DNA of 64,000 nt, taken from assembly GCA_963675785.1 (NCBI GenBank), contig OY776562.1:2528001-2592000 (forward strand). The letters are read 5' to 3'. Shown one piece after another: positions 19,848-28,395 of the stretch. Numbering within the stretch: the stretch's first letter is position 1; each line of letters begins with the position of its first letter. The position numbers were made by a program, and so were the translations under genes. The notes under the pieces were generated by a model. The model was not told the DNA's origin and searched no databases. It saw only the letters and a list, made by a program, of their open reading frames with translations. This DNA comes from Anaerolineae bacterium (GTDB taxonomy: Bacteria > Chloroflexota > Anaerolineae > UBA1429).

Positions 19848-19995
19848 TTTTCGACAACCTGTGGATAACTCGAGGGCTATTTGTGGATAAGGTGGCGTTT
19901 TCCACATCAACCTGTGGATAACTCTGGGACAAAGTGCCTTGAGATGTTGATATGTACGGGGTTTGTGCACAACTCGATCCAGCCATTGGGGATAA
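19848..19995. promoter_or_regulatory. DnaA-box cluster
   Basis: Perfect TGTGGATAA at 19860, 19882, 19913; TTTTCCACA 19898; near-matches at 19848, 19964, 19987. Confidence 0.85.
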
Positions 19996-20006
19996 AGTGT
20001 TATGAC

Positions 20007-20035
20007 AGAGCCCCCACCTACAAGGCAGGGGCTCT
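20007..20035 (-). terminator. Hairpin after nucleoside hydrolase
   Basis: AGAGCCCC...GGGGCTCT inverted repeat just past the stop. Confidence 0.55.
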
Positions 20036-20040
20036 TGATC

Positions 20041-20940
20041 TCAGGGCAGTAATTGAAACAAATCGCGATATACCTGATCGCGATGAACATCGGTAGCCAT
20101 GCGCACCAGGTGCCGCCCCGCATCCGCATCCCAGGTGAGATCATCGCGCAAGATGGGCGATGGCATCAACTCAGTGGGTACCCAATCTGGATTGATAATC
20201 CAAGCCACAGTAGAAATGTCCCAAATCACCTTGGAGCGAGCATAGTGGTCATCGGCAAAATCCTCATAGATCTGGTACAAATAATCGCCAATGGCGCCGT
20301 GACCACGAACATAAGCGGCCATCTCAGGCAAGGTAGTGCGTAAATGCTCGGCCACGTTTTTGCAGGGAATCTGCACCAAGGGCACGCCAGAATCGAACAG
20401 CACCTGCGAGGCCGGGATATCCTGCATAAGATTGAATTCTCGCGCCGTAGGCCAATAGGTCGGCTGTCCGCCCAACCAAACCACCACGATCTTTTCACAG
20501 ATAGCCGGTTCCATCAGAATAGCCGAGGCCACGTTGGTGGGCGCCCCGATGGTCAACACGTATAACGGCTCGGTAGCGACCAAAGCCTTTTGAATGAGGT
20601 CGCGTGCAGCCGGGCTATCGACAGGCTCGCCTTTGGCAGGCAAATAGCTCTCCGAACCCTTAAAGGCCATGTCGGTCGGCACACCCAGCATATCCAGGAT
20701 GCGCAGAATCTCGGCATAGCTCTTTTCCATGCCATCACCCGGCCCCGCAGAGCGCTCATTATGAAACGGCGCTGCATAAACCGCTTGTAAATCGATCGCA
20801 TCGGTCAAAAGGGCATAAACCAAGGCAAACTGGTCATCGATCTCATTATAGGTGTCGGTATCGAGCACCGCCTTAACCGGATTCTTCGGCAAGGCCAGCA
20901 GCTCTTGGCGGCGTATGTCGCTATTCAAGAACAATGCCAT
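20041..20940 (-). CDS. Inosine/uridine-preferring nucleoside hydrolase family protein
   Basis: 'LDTDTYNEIDDQFAL','IGAPTNVA','REFNL','IWD'. Confidence 0.85.
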   Translation of the reverse strand: MALFLNSDIRRQELLALPKNPVKAVLDTDTYNEIDDQFALVYALLTDAIDLQAVYAAPFHNERSAGPGDGMEKSYAEILRILDMLGVPTDMAFKGSESYLPAKGEPVDSPAARDLIQKALVATEPLYVLTIGAPTNVASAILMEPAICEKIVVVWLGGQPTYWPTAREFNLMQDIPASQVLFDSGVPLVQIPCKNVAEHLRTTLPEMAAYVRGHGAIGDYLYQIYEDFADDHYARSKVIWDISTVAWIINPDWVPTELMPSPILRDDLTWDADAGRHLVRMATDVHRDQVYRDLFQLLP

Positions 20941-20953
20941 GACAATCCCCCGA

Positions 20954-21712
20954 TTACGCCTTGTTCCAGGCCTTGAGATTATTGAGGCTCATACGGGCGC
21001 TTTCGATGCTAGAGCCATTGCAGCGATCCTGCTCGACGATGTACCAATCAGCGTCGGCGGCTTCAGCAGCAGCAAAGATAGGCGCAAAGTCCGTGGTGCC
21101 CTCGCCCACTTCGGCAAAGGTGCGAGCATCGCCCTCACCGGTCATATCTTTGAGGTGCACCAAGGCAATGCGATCCGCATAGCGTTTGATCAGCTCGGCG
21201 GGGTCATAACCGGCATAACGCATCCAGTACACATCAGTCTCAAAGTAAACCAGGTCGGGATCGGTCTCATTCATCAAGATTTCCCAGCCGGTGACGCCAT
21301 CCATCATCTCGAACTCAAAATTGTGGTTGTGATAATAGAGTTGAATCCCTGCTTCGGCATAAGCCTGGCCCCAAACGTTCATCTTTTTGGCGACTTGACG
21401 GAAACCGGCGGGATTACGCAGCTCAGTGGCCATCCATGGCACGCCAACAAAGGGATTACCGATCGCTTGGTTATAACGGATGACGCCTTCGAGGTCCTCT
21501 TCCATGAGCGGTATGGCCACATGGCTACCGGCCGGCTCAAGTCCCGTCTCATCCAACAGCTCGCCCATGGCCTCTGCTGAAAGTCCGCCATATCCAGCAA
21601 ACTCAACGCCCGCATAGCCCATCTCTGCCACTTTGCGTACGGTGCCAACAAAATCTTTTTCCGTCCAATCGCGAACCGTATAGAGCTGCAAGCCAACAGG
21701 AATCTTGTTCAT
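20954..21712 (-). CDS. Sugar phosphate isomerase/epimerase (IolE/AP endonuclease 2 TIM barrel)
   Basis: 'GLQLYTVR','GYAGVEFAG','YHNH','HLKD','IVEQD'; start at ATG behind GAGGAG. Confidence 0.88.
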   Translation of the reverse strand: MNKIPVGLQLYTVRDWTEKDFVGTVRKVAEMGYAGVEFAGYGGLSAEAMGELLDETGLEPAGSHVAIPLMEEDLEGVIRYNQAIGNPFVGVPWMATELRNPAGFRQVAKKMNVWGQAYAEAGIQLYYHNHNFEFEMMDGVTGWEILMNETDPDLVYFETDVYWMRYAGYDPAELIKRYADRIALVHLKDMTGEGDARTFAEVGEGTTDFAPIFAAAEAADADWYIVEQDRCNGSSIESARMSLNNLKAWNKA

Positions 21713-21749
21713 GTCCATCTCCTCATCATAAGCGTGCAAAACGCGCGTA

Positions 21750-23084
21750 TCATACTGTCTCAGCACCTGTATAGCAATCCAGGCCCAATAAAGCGGCGCA
21801 ATAACCGAACGCCCTAGCCCAATCTCCAGGCACAATCACCTGATGGTTGCCCAGTAAATGTTCCACGAAATCGCGCCGTGATGCAAGCCTTACGCGCAAC
21901 TGCGTGCGGCAAGTAGGCTCACTGGCGCCATCCAGCGCCCGCCCAGGGAAAACGCTCAAGGCCGATGAATCGCGACCAAAGCGCACCACCGTCACCTGCT
22001 GCCCCATCCACAGGCCCACCTGTGGGCTCACACCCAGGCCGCTTTCATGATGACTACGCAAACAAAGACACCCGCCGCCATCAGCAGGAGCCACCGGCGC
22101 CGTACAGTGGGCAAAGAGAATAGTATCGTCTCGTCCAATCACCGGATTGGCCATCCATGCCGACTGGCCAGTGAGGGCCTTAGCCAAGGCCAAGGTAACG
22201 GCTGCATCCACGTCCCCCTCACAGGCACCCATGCGATGCGTATAAGCATTGAGTGAGGCCAGCGCCAGACATGCCGTTGAGCTGATATCGCCGATCAGCG
22301 AGAAACAGGCCACCGCCGCGCCGTCAGCATCGTAAAAATCCAGCATTTGCTCAAGGGCCAACTCGATGCAACAGGCCTGCACCACATCCTTTTCATCGGG
22401 CTCAACCACACGTTCAGCGCGTTCAATCCAGTCCTGGGCCCTCAGCAAAGCTTTTTGTGCCTCAACGCGTGTCGCATAATCCTCTAGCACTCGCAATGGC
22501 ACTGTGGTTACGCTCACACCCACCCGTTCGGACAGGCGCCCCAGGTCGCGTTCTGAGCTCTGTACCCAGTTTTCGGGTCCCCCTAGCAACAGCAGGCGCA
22601 ATCTGCGTAGCCGTGCCACCGCTTGCACCGCCAGAGACAACTGCACGAAATCGTTGGCCTGTTCGGCCCAAATGGCCAACTTTTTGCCGCGTTTGAACAG
22701 GCTCCAAACCTCGACTGCTGCTGGCGCGGCGTTGCGAGCCAACGCCAACTGAGAGGCCGAGAGAGAAAGAGGTCCAGGCATATAGGCAGGCAACAGAGCC
22801 ACCGCTTCAAAGCCGCTAGCCGCCTCGATCATCCAGGCCTGCACACCGCCGCTCAGTGGCACCAACAGTGCCGCACCGCCGCCCAAACCCTGCAAATCAT
22901 CTGCCGAGTAAATGAGCGTGGTGGTTACGTCCAGGCCCGCCAACGCTTCTTCAAGCACTTTTTGGACGTGGCCGTAGATGACGGCCAACTCGTCCTTGTC
23001 GGGCCAGTAACGCGGGCTGGCAAAAATCAACACCTTAGCTTGTGTCGTATGCTCCAACGCTCTCATCTCAGGTCCCTGCCACAC
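21750..23084 (-). CDS. Divergent L-fucose/L-arabinose isomerase-like protein
   Basis: 'ACEGDV','FAHCT','LRSHHES','CRTQL','GNHQ' C-terminal FucI/AraA-type motifs. Confidence 0.7.
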   Translation of the reverse strand: MWQGPEMRALEHTTQAKVLIFASPRYWPDKDELAVIYGHVQKVLEEALAGLDVTTTLIYSADDLQGLGGGAALLVPLSGGVQAWMIEAASGFEAVALLPAYMPGPLSLSASQLALARNAAPAAVEVWSLFKRGKKLAIWAEQANDFVQLSLAVQAVARLRRLRLLLLGGPENWVQSSERDLGRLSERVGVSVTTVPLRVLEDYATRVEAQKALLRAQDWIERAERVVEPDEKDVVQACCIELALEQMLDFYDADGAAVACFSLIGDISSTACLALASLNAYTHRMGACEGDVDAAVTLALAKALTGQSAWMANPVIGRDDTILFAHCTAPVAPADGGGCLCLRSHHESGLGVSPQVGLWMGQQVTVVRFGRDSSALSVFPGRALDGASEPTCRTQLRVRLASRRDFVEHLLGNHQVIVPGDWARAFGYCAALLGLDCYTGAETV

Positions 23085-23088
23085 GGCC

Positions 23089-24093
23089 TCATGGCACCAC
23101 TACCGTTTTGATATGGCCGCCCGGCCCGGATTTCAATAACTCTGGGAGTTCTTCCAAGCTAATATGGTTAGTCATCAGCGGCTCGACCTGAATACGCCCC
23201 TCAGCGAGCAAAGCCAGGGCCCGCGCATGGGTAAAGGGATTGATACGCGCGCCGCGAATCGTCAACTCCTTGCGAAACACTTCGTTGGGCTCGATTTCGA
23301 TGGTATGGCCAGGAGGTGTTACCCCAAACCAGACAATGGTCGCCCCAGGAGCCGCCCAAGCTACGGCCTGGCTGGTGGTCACGCGTGAACCCACCGCTTC
23401 CAGCACCACATCGGCACCACCCTGCAGCGTCCCGCCAACCGCCAAAGGATTCTCGTTGAGCGGATCGATCACCACATCAGCGCCAAGCTCAAGGGCCATT
23501 TGCCGCCGCTCAGCCATGGGATCGCTAACCACCACTGGCGCTGCCCCGGCAAAACGCGCCAACTGGGCCAACATCTGGCCAATGGCGCCGCCACCGATCA
23601 CTGCCACCCGATCGCCCGGCACAATGCCCGCCTGCTGAATACCCCGAACGCAACAAGCCAACGGCTCGGTCATGGCGCCAGCAAAAGTGCTCACGCCCTC
23701 TGGCAGCACATAGCACTGCTTGCGCGGCGCCACGCAATACTCGGCAAAGCCGCCATCCACGTCCACACCTAGGGCACGCAAGTTCTCGCACATGTTGATG
23801 CGACCCCGTTGGCAGGATCGGCAAATGCCGCAAGGCATGTTGGGGTCCACGGCAACGCGGTCACCCGGCACAATGTCGGTCACACCCACGCCCACCTCAA
23901 CGACTATGCCAGCATATTCGTGACCAGGCACCACCGGCGGCACGGTGTCGAATTCACCGTGAAAAATATGGTGGTCGGTGCCGCAAACACCGCAGGCCTC
24001 GATCTTGATCAGCACCTCACCAGCCGATGGCTTGGGCGTCGGACGCTCTTCGCAGCGGATATCGTGCAGCCCATAGAATACGCAGGCTTTCAT
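23089..24093 (-). CDS. Zn-dependent medium-chain (sorbitol/threonine-type) dehydrogenase
   Basis: 'CGVCGTD','GHE', CxxCxxC...C structural Zn site, 'GGGAIG'. Confidence 0.9.
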   Translation of the reverse strand: MKACVFYGLHDIRCEERPTPKPSAGEVLIKIEACGVCGTDHHIFHGEFDTVPPVVPGHEYAGIVVEVGVGVTDIVPGDRVAVDPNMPCGICRSCQRGRINMCENLRALGVDVDGGFAEYCVAPRKQCYVLPEGVSTFAGAMTEPLACCVRGIQQAGIVPGDRVAVIGGGAIGQMLAQLARFAGAAPVVVSDPMAERRQMALELGADVVIDPLNENPLAVGGTLQGGADVVLEAVGSRVTTSQAVAWAAPGATIVWFGVTPPGHTIEIEPNEVFRKELTIRGARINPFTHARALALLAEGRIQVEPLMTNHISLEELPELLKSGPGGHIKTVVVP

Positions 24094-24172
24094 TTTTTAC
24101 CTCTCCATTCATTCTCGCAACGTGCCGCCACTATAGCACCCCTTTTACCAGTCGACCAGCCCGCCAAGCAAC

Positions 24173-24201
24173 TTGAGCAGACCGCGAATTGGTGCTAGAA
24201 T
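24173..24201 (+). promoter_or_regulatory. sigma70-type promoter of the ECF/CoA operon
   Basis: TTGAGC-17 nt-TAGAAT with TG extended -10. Confidence 0.7.
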
Positions 24202-24250
24202 AAGTATGTTGGTGACTCGTCGAGCATCAAACGTTGCAATTGCCTGAACA

Positions 24251-24350
24251 ATATTTCGCTTGGATCGTTATACGACCGAGACGATATGAGACAGATGGGG
24301 CCTTGTGCCCAAACGCAGCCTCGTGTCCTCGGTCGACACGGGGTTTTTCT
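24251..24350 (+). ncRNA. pan-motif-like cis-regulatory leader RNA with terminator/antiterminator
   Basis: Hairpin 24256-24284 with bulged A24264 and A24281; terminator stem 24317-24345 with T-tract; CGACCGAG (24273-80) complementary to CTCGGTCG (24328-35). Confidence 0.7.
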
Positions 24351-25190
24351 GTGAGTGACTTTATTCGTATCGAAAATCTGCATTATACCTATGGTGCCGA
24401 TACCGACCATGCGGTCGTTGCTCTACGCGGCATCGACCTATCCATCGCCCAGGGCGAATATATCGCCATCATGGGACATAACGGCTCGGGAAAATCCACA
24501 CTGGCCCGCTGCCTGAATGGCCTGCTGACGCCCACCCAGGGCACAGTTTACGTAGATGGGTTGAATACAGCCGATGAACAAGCCCTATTCGATATTCGCC
24601 GCCGGGTGAGCATGGTGATGCAACACCCAGATAACCAGTTCGTCTCCACTGTGGTAGAGCACGAAGTAGCTTTTGGCCCCGAAAACCTGGGCCTGCCGCG
24701 CGTCGAACTCGTTGAGCGCGTCGACCAGGCTCTGGAACAAACCGGCCTGATCAATCTGCGCCACCGCGACCCGCGTACCCTTTCGGCCGGCCAAAAGGCC
24801 CGGTTGGCTATTGCTGATATGCTGGCCATGCGTCCTGAATACCTCGTCCTCGATGAATCGACCATCTTGTTGGATCCGCTCTCGCGTGAATCCATTCACG
24901 AATTGCTGGCTCAGCTCAACGCCCGCTCTATGGGCATCATCCACATCACTCACCAGGTCGAGGAAGCTGCCGCCGCCAAGCGCATGATCGTGCTGCAACA
25001 GGGCCAAGTGCTGGTGGACGATGCGCCCCTGTCAGCCTTTGCCCAAGCCAGTGAACTCGGGTTGGGTATCGGACAACCTGCCCCCATGGCCCTTGCCGAG
25101 AGATTGCGACAGCGCGGCTTGGCCATCGAGCTGGTGCTGACCACGGCCAACCTAATAACAGCGCTGCAACAAGCGGAGGCCTTGCTATGA
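24351..25190 (+). CDS. ECF transporter ATPase EcfA1
   Basis: 'GHNGSGKST','QHPDNQF','VAFGPENLG','LSAGQK','LVLDE'; GTG start inferred. Confidence 0.9.
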   Translation: MSDFIRIENLHYTYGADTDHAVVALRGIDLSIAQGEYIAIMGHNGSGKSTLARCLNGLLTPTQGTVYVDGLNTADEQALFDIRRRVSMVMQHPDNQFVSTVVEHEVAFGPENLGLPRVELVERVDQALEQTGLINLRHRDPRTLSAGQKARLAIADMLAMRPEYLVLDESTILLDPLSRESIHELLAQLNARSMGIIHITHQVEEAAAAKRMIVLQQGQVLVDDAPLSAFAQASELGLGIGQPAPMALAERLRQRGLAIELVLTTANLITALQQAEALL

Positions 25191-26035
25191 GCCAATCCGC
25201 CATTCAAGTGAGCAATCTGCAGCACATCTACATGCCCGGCACACCAGAGGCCTTTCAAGCACTATACGATGCCTCACTGACGGTGGCCCAGGGCAGCATT
25301 ACCGCCCTAGCCGGCGAAAGCGGCGCGGGCAAATCCACGCTGGCTCTCTATTTATGCGGACTTTTGCGTCCCACCAAGGTCGGACAGGTGCGCATTTTCG
25401 ACCGCGATATGGCCCAAAGCAGCCCGGGGCGTGATGTGGGTCTGGTGTTCCAATATCCCCAGCAACAGCTATTCGAACGTTATGTAGGCGATGATATTGC
25501 CTACGGCCCACGCAAGATGGGTCTCGCTGATACAACCCTCACCGAACGCGTGGGCTGGGCCATGGAGATGGTAGGTCTCGACTTTGAGGCCTTTGTCGAT
25601 CGTGAAACCTTTTCTTTAAGCGGTGGCGAGATGCGGCGTGCAGCGCTGGCCGGCGTACTGGCCATGCAGCCCCACATTCTGGTGCTGGATGAAGCCACTA
25701 CCGGTCTGGATCCCGCTGGGCAGTCGCTTATTCACCGGGTAATGCGCGAGTTGCGCGACAACCTGGGCACCACCGTTTTGCTCATCAGCAATGACATGGA
25801 CGAGATCGCCGAGTTGGCCGACGCCGTGGTGCTCTTGCATCAGGGGCGCACCATCGCCGAGGGTGCACCGCGCGAGGTGCTGGCCGAGGAAACGCGCCTC
25901 AATGCCTGCTCGCTGGTACGACCCACGCCCATGCGCATTCTGGCCGAGGCCGGACGTGCGGGATTTACCGTGAGCCAATCCGCGCTATCGCTCGATGAAG
26001 CCGAGGAAGAGTTATGGCAAGCTTTGCATCGCTAA
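25187..26035 (+). CDS. ECF transporter ATPase EcfA2
   Basis: 'IYMPGTP','GESGAGKST','FQYPQQQLF','LSGGEMRR','LVLDE'; ATGA overlap. Confidence 0.9.
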   Translation: MSQSAIQVSNLQHIYMPGTPEAFQALYDASLTVAQGSITALAGESGAGKSTLALYLCGLLRPTKVGQVRIFDRDMAQSSPGRDVGLVFQYPQQQLFERYVGDDIAYGPRKMGLADTTLTERVGWAMEMVGLDFEAFVDRETFSLSGGEMRRAALAGVLAMQPHILVLDEATTGLDPAGQSLIHRVMRELRDNLGTTVLLISNDMDEIAELADAVVLLHQGRTIAEGAPREVLAEETRLNACSLVRPTPMRILAEAGRAGFTVSQSALSLDEAEEELWQALHR

Positions 26036-26859
26036 GAAACATAAGCATCGGCCAGTACCACCCCGGCGATACAGTCTTTCACTTGCTGGACGCCCGTGTC
26101 AAGCTATCTGCCTTTATCCTGGCTCTGGTGGTTATTGTCATCGCCTCATCCTACAGCGCTAATATCTTGCTACTGGTGCTCTTCTTGGCGGCCATGTATG
26201 CCGCCCGGCTCTCACCCCGTGAGACCCTTGCCAGCCTGGGGCCGGCACTGCCGCTCATCGCTATGTTTGCCCTATTGCAGCTCTTGTTCTACGGCCAAGG
26301 ACCGGCGGAATCGCGCATCGTCCTCGATTGGGGGCCAGTCATCATCTCCACCGCCGGTATTCAGCTGGTCGTTGTCTCGGTGATGAGGTTGTTCAGTTTA
26401 CTATTCGCCACAGCACTACTCACCAACACCACCACCGTATCGGCGTTGACCCAGGGCATGGAACAACTGCTCTCGCCCCTGTCGCGAATCGGCTTGCCCG
26501 GCCACGAACTAGCCATGGTAGGAGCCATCGCCCTGCGCTTTCTGCCCATCTTGGGAGAACAGATGGCCGTCATCTCGCAGGCGCAAATGCTGCGCGGCGT
26601 GGACGAGGAAAGCGGCGGCCGCTGGCGCATTGTGCAAAATGCACGCCGTCTGGCTACGCTCATCGTGCCCCTCTTTGTCGACGCCTATCGACGTTCGGGA
26701 GAGATGACCGAAGCCATGTTGACTCGCTGTTACCGGGGCGGACGCGGACGCACGCATTTGTATGAACCCAAGCTCTCCTCAAGGGACCTGACTTCGTCTC
26801 TAGTATGTCTGGCGTTTTCCGGGATCGTCATTTGGATCGCTTATTCACCGCTACCCTAA
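26014..26859 (+). CDS. ecfT: ECF transporter transmembrane T component
   Basis: 'GQYHPGDT..H.LDARVKL','IALRFLP','AQMLRG','AMLTRCY.GG.GRT'. Confidence 0.9.
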   Translation: MASFASLRNISIGQYHPGDTVFHLLDARVKLSAFILALVVIVIASSYSANILLLVLFLAAMYAARLSPRETLASLGPALPLIAMFALLQLLFYGQGPAESRIVLDWGPVIISTAGIQLVVVSVMRLFSLLFATALLTNTTTVSALTQGMEQLLSPLSRIGLPGHELAMVGAIALRFLPILGEQMAVISQAQMLRGVDEESGGRWRIVQNARRLATLIVPLFVDAYRRSGEMTEAMLTRCYRGGRGRTHLYEPKLSSRDLTSSLVCLAFSGIVIWIAYSPLP

Positions 26860-26873
26860 AAAAGGGGGAATCC

Positions 26874-27605
26874 ATGGTACCCAATCAAAGAGGCGTTCAA
26901 CGCGTGGTAACCGCTGGCCTGTTGCTGGCCATTACCCTACTGCTGACCTTTACTCGCATCGGCATGATCCCAGTGCCTACGCCCGCTGGCAATGCTACTA
27001 TCAGCCATATTCCTGCCATCATCGGCGGCATTTTGGAGGGCCCTCTGGTTGGCCTCATCGTGGGCATGGGCTTTGGCTTTGCCAGTTATGCCACAGCCAC
27101 CACGCCCATGTTCAAAGACCCGCTGGTAGCCGTACTGCCGCGTTTGTTCATCGGTGTGGCTTCTTACTATATGATTGCCCTACTCTACAAGGCCAACCGC
27201 AAAACACTGCAGACCCTAGCCGGCGTATTGTGGGCCCTGCTGCTGGTTTTTTCCTGGCAGATCGGTGGACAGACGCTCTGGTTGGGCATTCTAGTTGCCC
27301 TAGTCTCTACAGCTGCAGCCATTGCCGCGTTTATCTGGCTGCAAAAAGAGGATACGCGCATCGTTGCCCTAGCCATTGCCTCGGTCGTCGGCTCTTTTAC
27401 CAATACCGTGCTCGTTTTGGGCATGGCGGTATTCCGCGCCTATCTCACTGCTGAAGTAGCCTTGGCTGTGGGCCTTGTCCACGGCGTGCCCGAAGCCATT
27501 ATCAGCGCCATTATCACCGTCGCTGTAGTCGCCACGTTGAGGCAGATCAATCGCAAAAAGGCGGGCTCCAAGCTCGTACGCGAAAACAGCAGCACGAATC
27601 AATAA
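26874..27605 (+). CDS. ECF S component, PanT-like (pantothenate/pantetheine by context)
   Basis: 'IPVP...ATISHIPAIIGGILEGP','DPLVAVLPRLFIG','GSFTNTVLVLG','PEAI'. Confidence 0.8.
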   Translation: MVPNQRGVQRVVTAGLLLAITLLLTFTRIGMIPVPTPAGNATISHIPAIIGGILEGPLVGLIVGMGFGFASYATATTPMFKDPLVAVLPRLFIGVASYYMIALLYKANRKTLQTLAGVLWALLLVFSWQIGGQTLWLGILVALVSTAAAIAAFIWLQKEDTRIVALAIASVVGSFTNTVLVLGMAVFRAYLTAEVALAVGLVHGVPEAIISAIITVAVVATLRQINRKKAGSKLVRENSSTNQ

Positions 27606-27621
27606 CAGCAGGAGGGGAAAC

Positions 27622-28395
27622 ATGCTTCTCTGTGTAGATGTTGGTAACACCAATACGGTCCTGGGGCTTTACGATGGTGAAGAACTGGTCACCCATTGGC
27701 GCATCAGCACTGACGCCCATCGCATGCCCGATGAGTACGGCATTCAATTGTTGACCCTGGCCGCCAATGCACACATCGAGCTACCCAGCATTGATGGGGC
27801 TATTGTGGCCAGCGTGGTGCCGCCTGTCACTGAATACCTGACTGAGATGATCCACGAATACGTGGGCATCGAGCCGCTGGTAGTGGGAGGCGGTATCCGC
27901 ACCGGCGTGCCTATTCGCTACAGCAGCCCGCAAGAAGTGGGTGCCGACCGCATCGTCAATGCTGTAGCCGCTCACAAACTCTACGGTGGACCGGCCTGCA
28001 TCGTCGATTTCGGTACTGCCACTACCTTTGACGCCCTTTCTGCCAAGGGAGAGTACCTGGGCGGCGCCATCTCGCCGGGCATTCGCCTGGCCGCCGAAGC
28101 CCTTTACGAGCGTACCGCCAAGTTGCCCCGCATCGACCTAAAAGCCCCCGATAAAGCCGTGGGGGCCAACACCATCGACGCCATGCGCTCAGGCATCCTC
28201 TATGGCTATATCGGCCTGGTGGAAGGTATGGTCAAGCGTTTCCGCGCTGAACTGGGCGCCAACATGAAAGTCATTGCCACTGGCGGTTTGGCCGAGGTAG
28301 TGGCTCGTCACACTGATTGCATCGAAGTAGTAGATACCTGGCTAACCCTCAAGGGCCTGCGGTTCATTTATGAGCTGAACGAGGAGGAGCGATGA
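27622..28395 (+). CDS. coaX: Type III pantothenate kinase
   Basis: 'DVGNTN','VGADR','VDFGTATT','GGAISPG','ATGG'. Confidence 0.96.
   Translation: MLLCVDVGNTNTVLGLYDGEELVTHWRISTDAHRMPDEYGIQLLTLAANAHIELPSIDGAIVASVVPPVTEYLTEMIHEYVGIEPLVVGGGIRTGVPIRYSSPQEVGADRIVNAVAAHKLYGGPACIVDFGTATTFDALSAKGEYLGGAISPGIRLAAEALYERTAKLPRIDLKAPDKAVGANTIDAMRSGILYGYIGLVEGMVKRFRAELGANMKVIATGGLAEVVARHTDCIEVVDTWLTLKGLRFIYELNEEER

Noticed and set aside
19783-20144. Small ORFs across the DnaA-box region
   Set aside because: Peptides such as 'YPQV/VIHR/VDN' are just translations of DnaA boxes.
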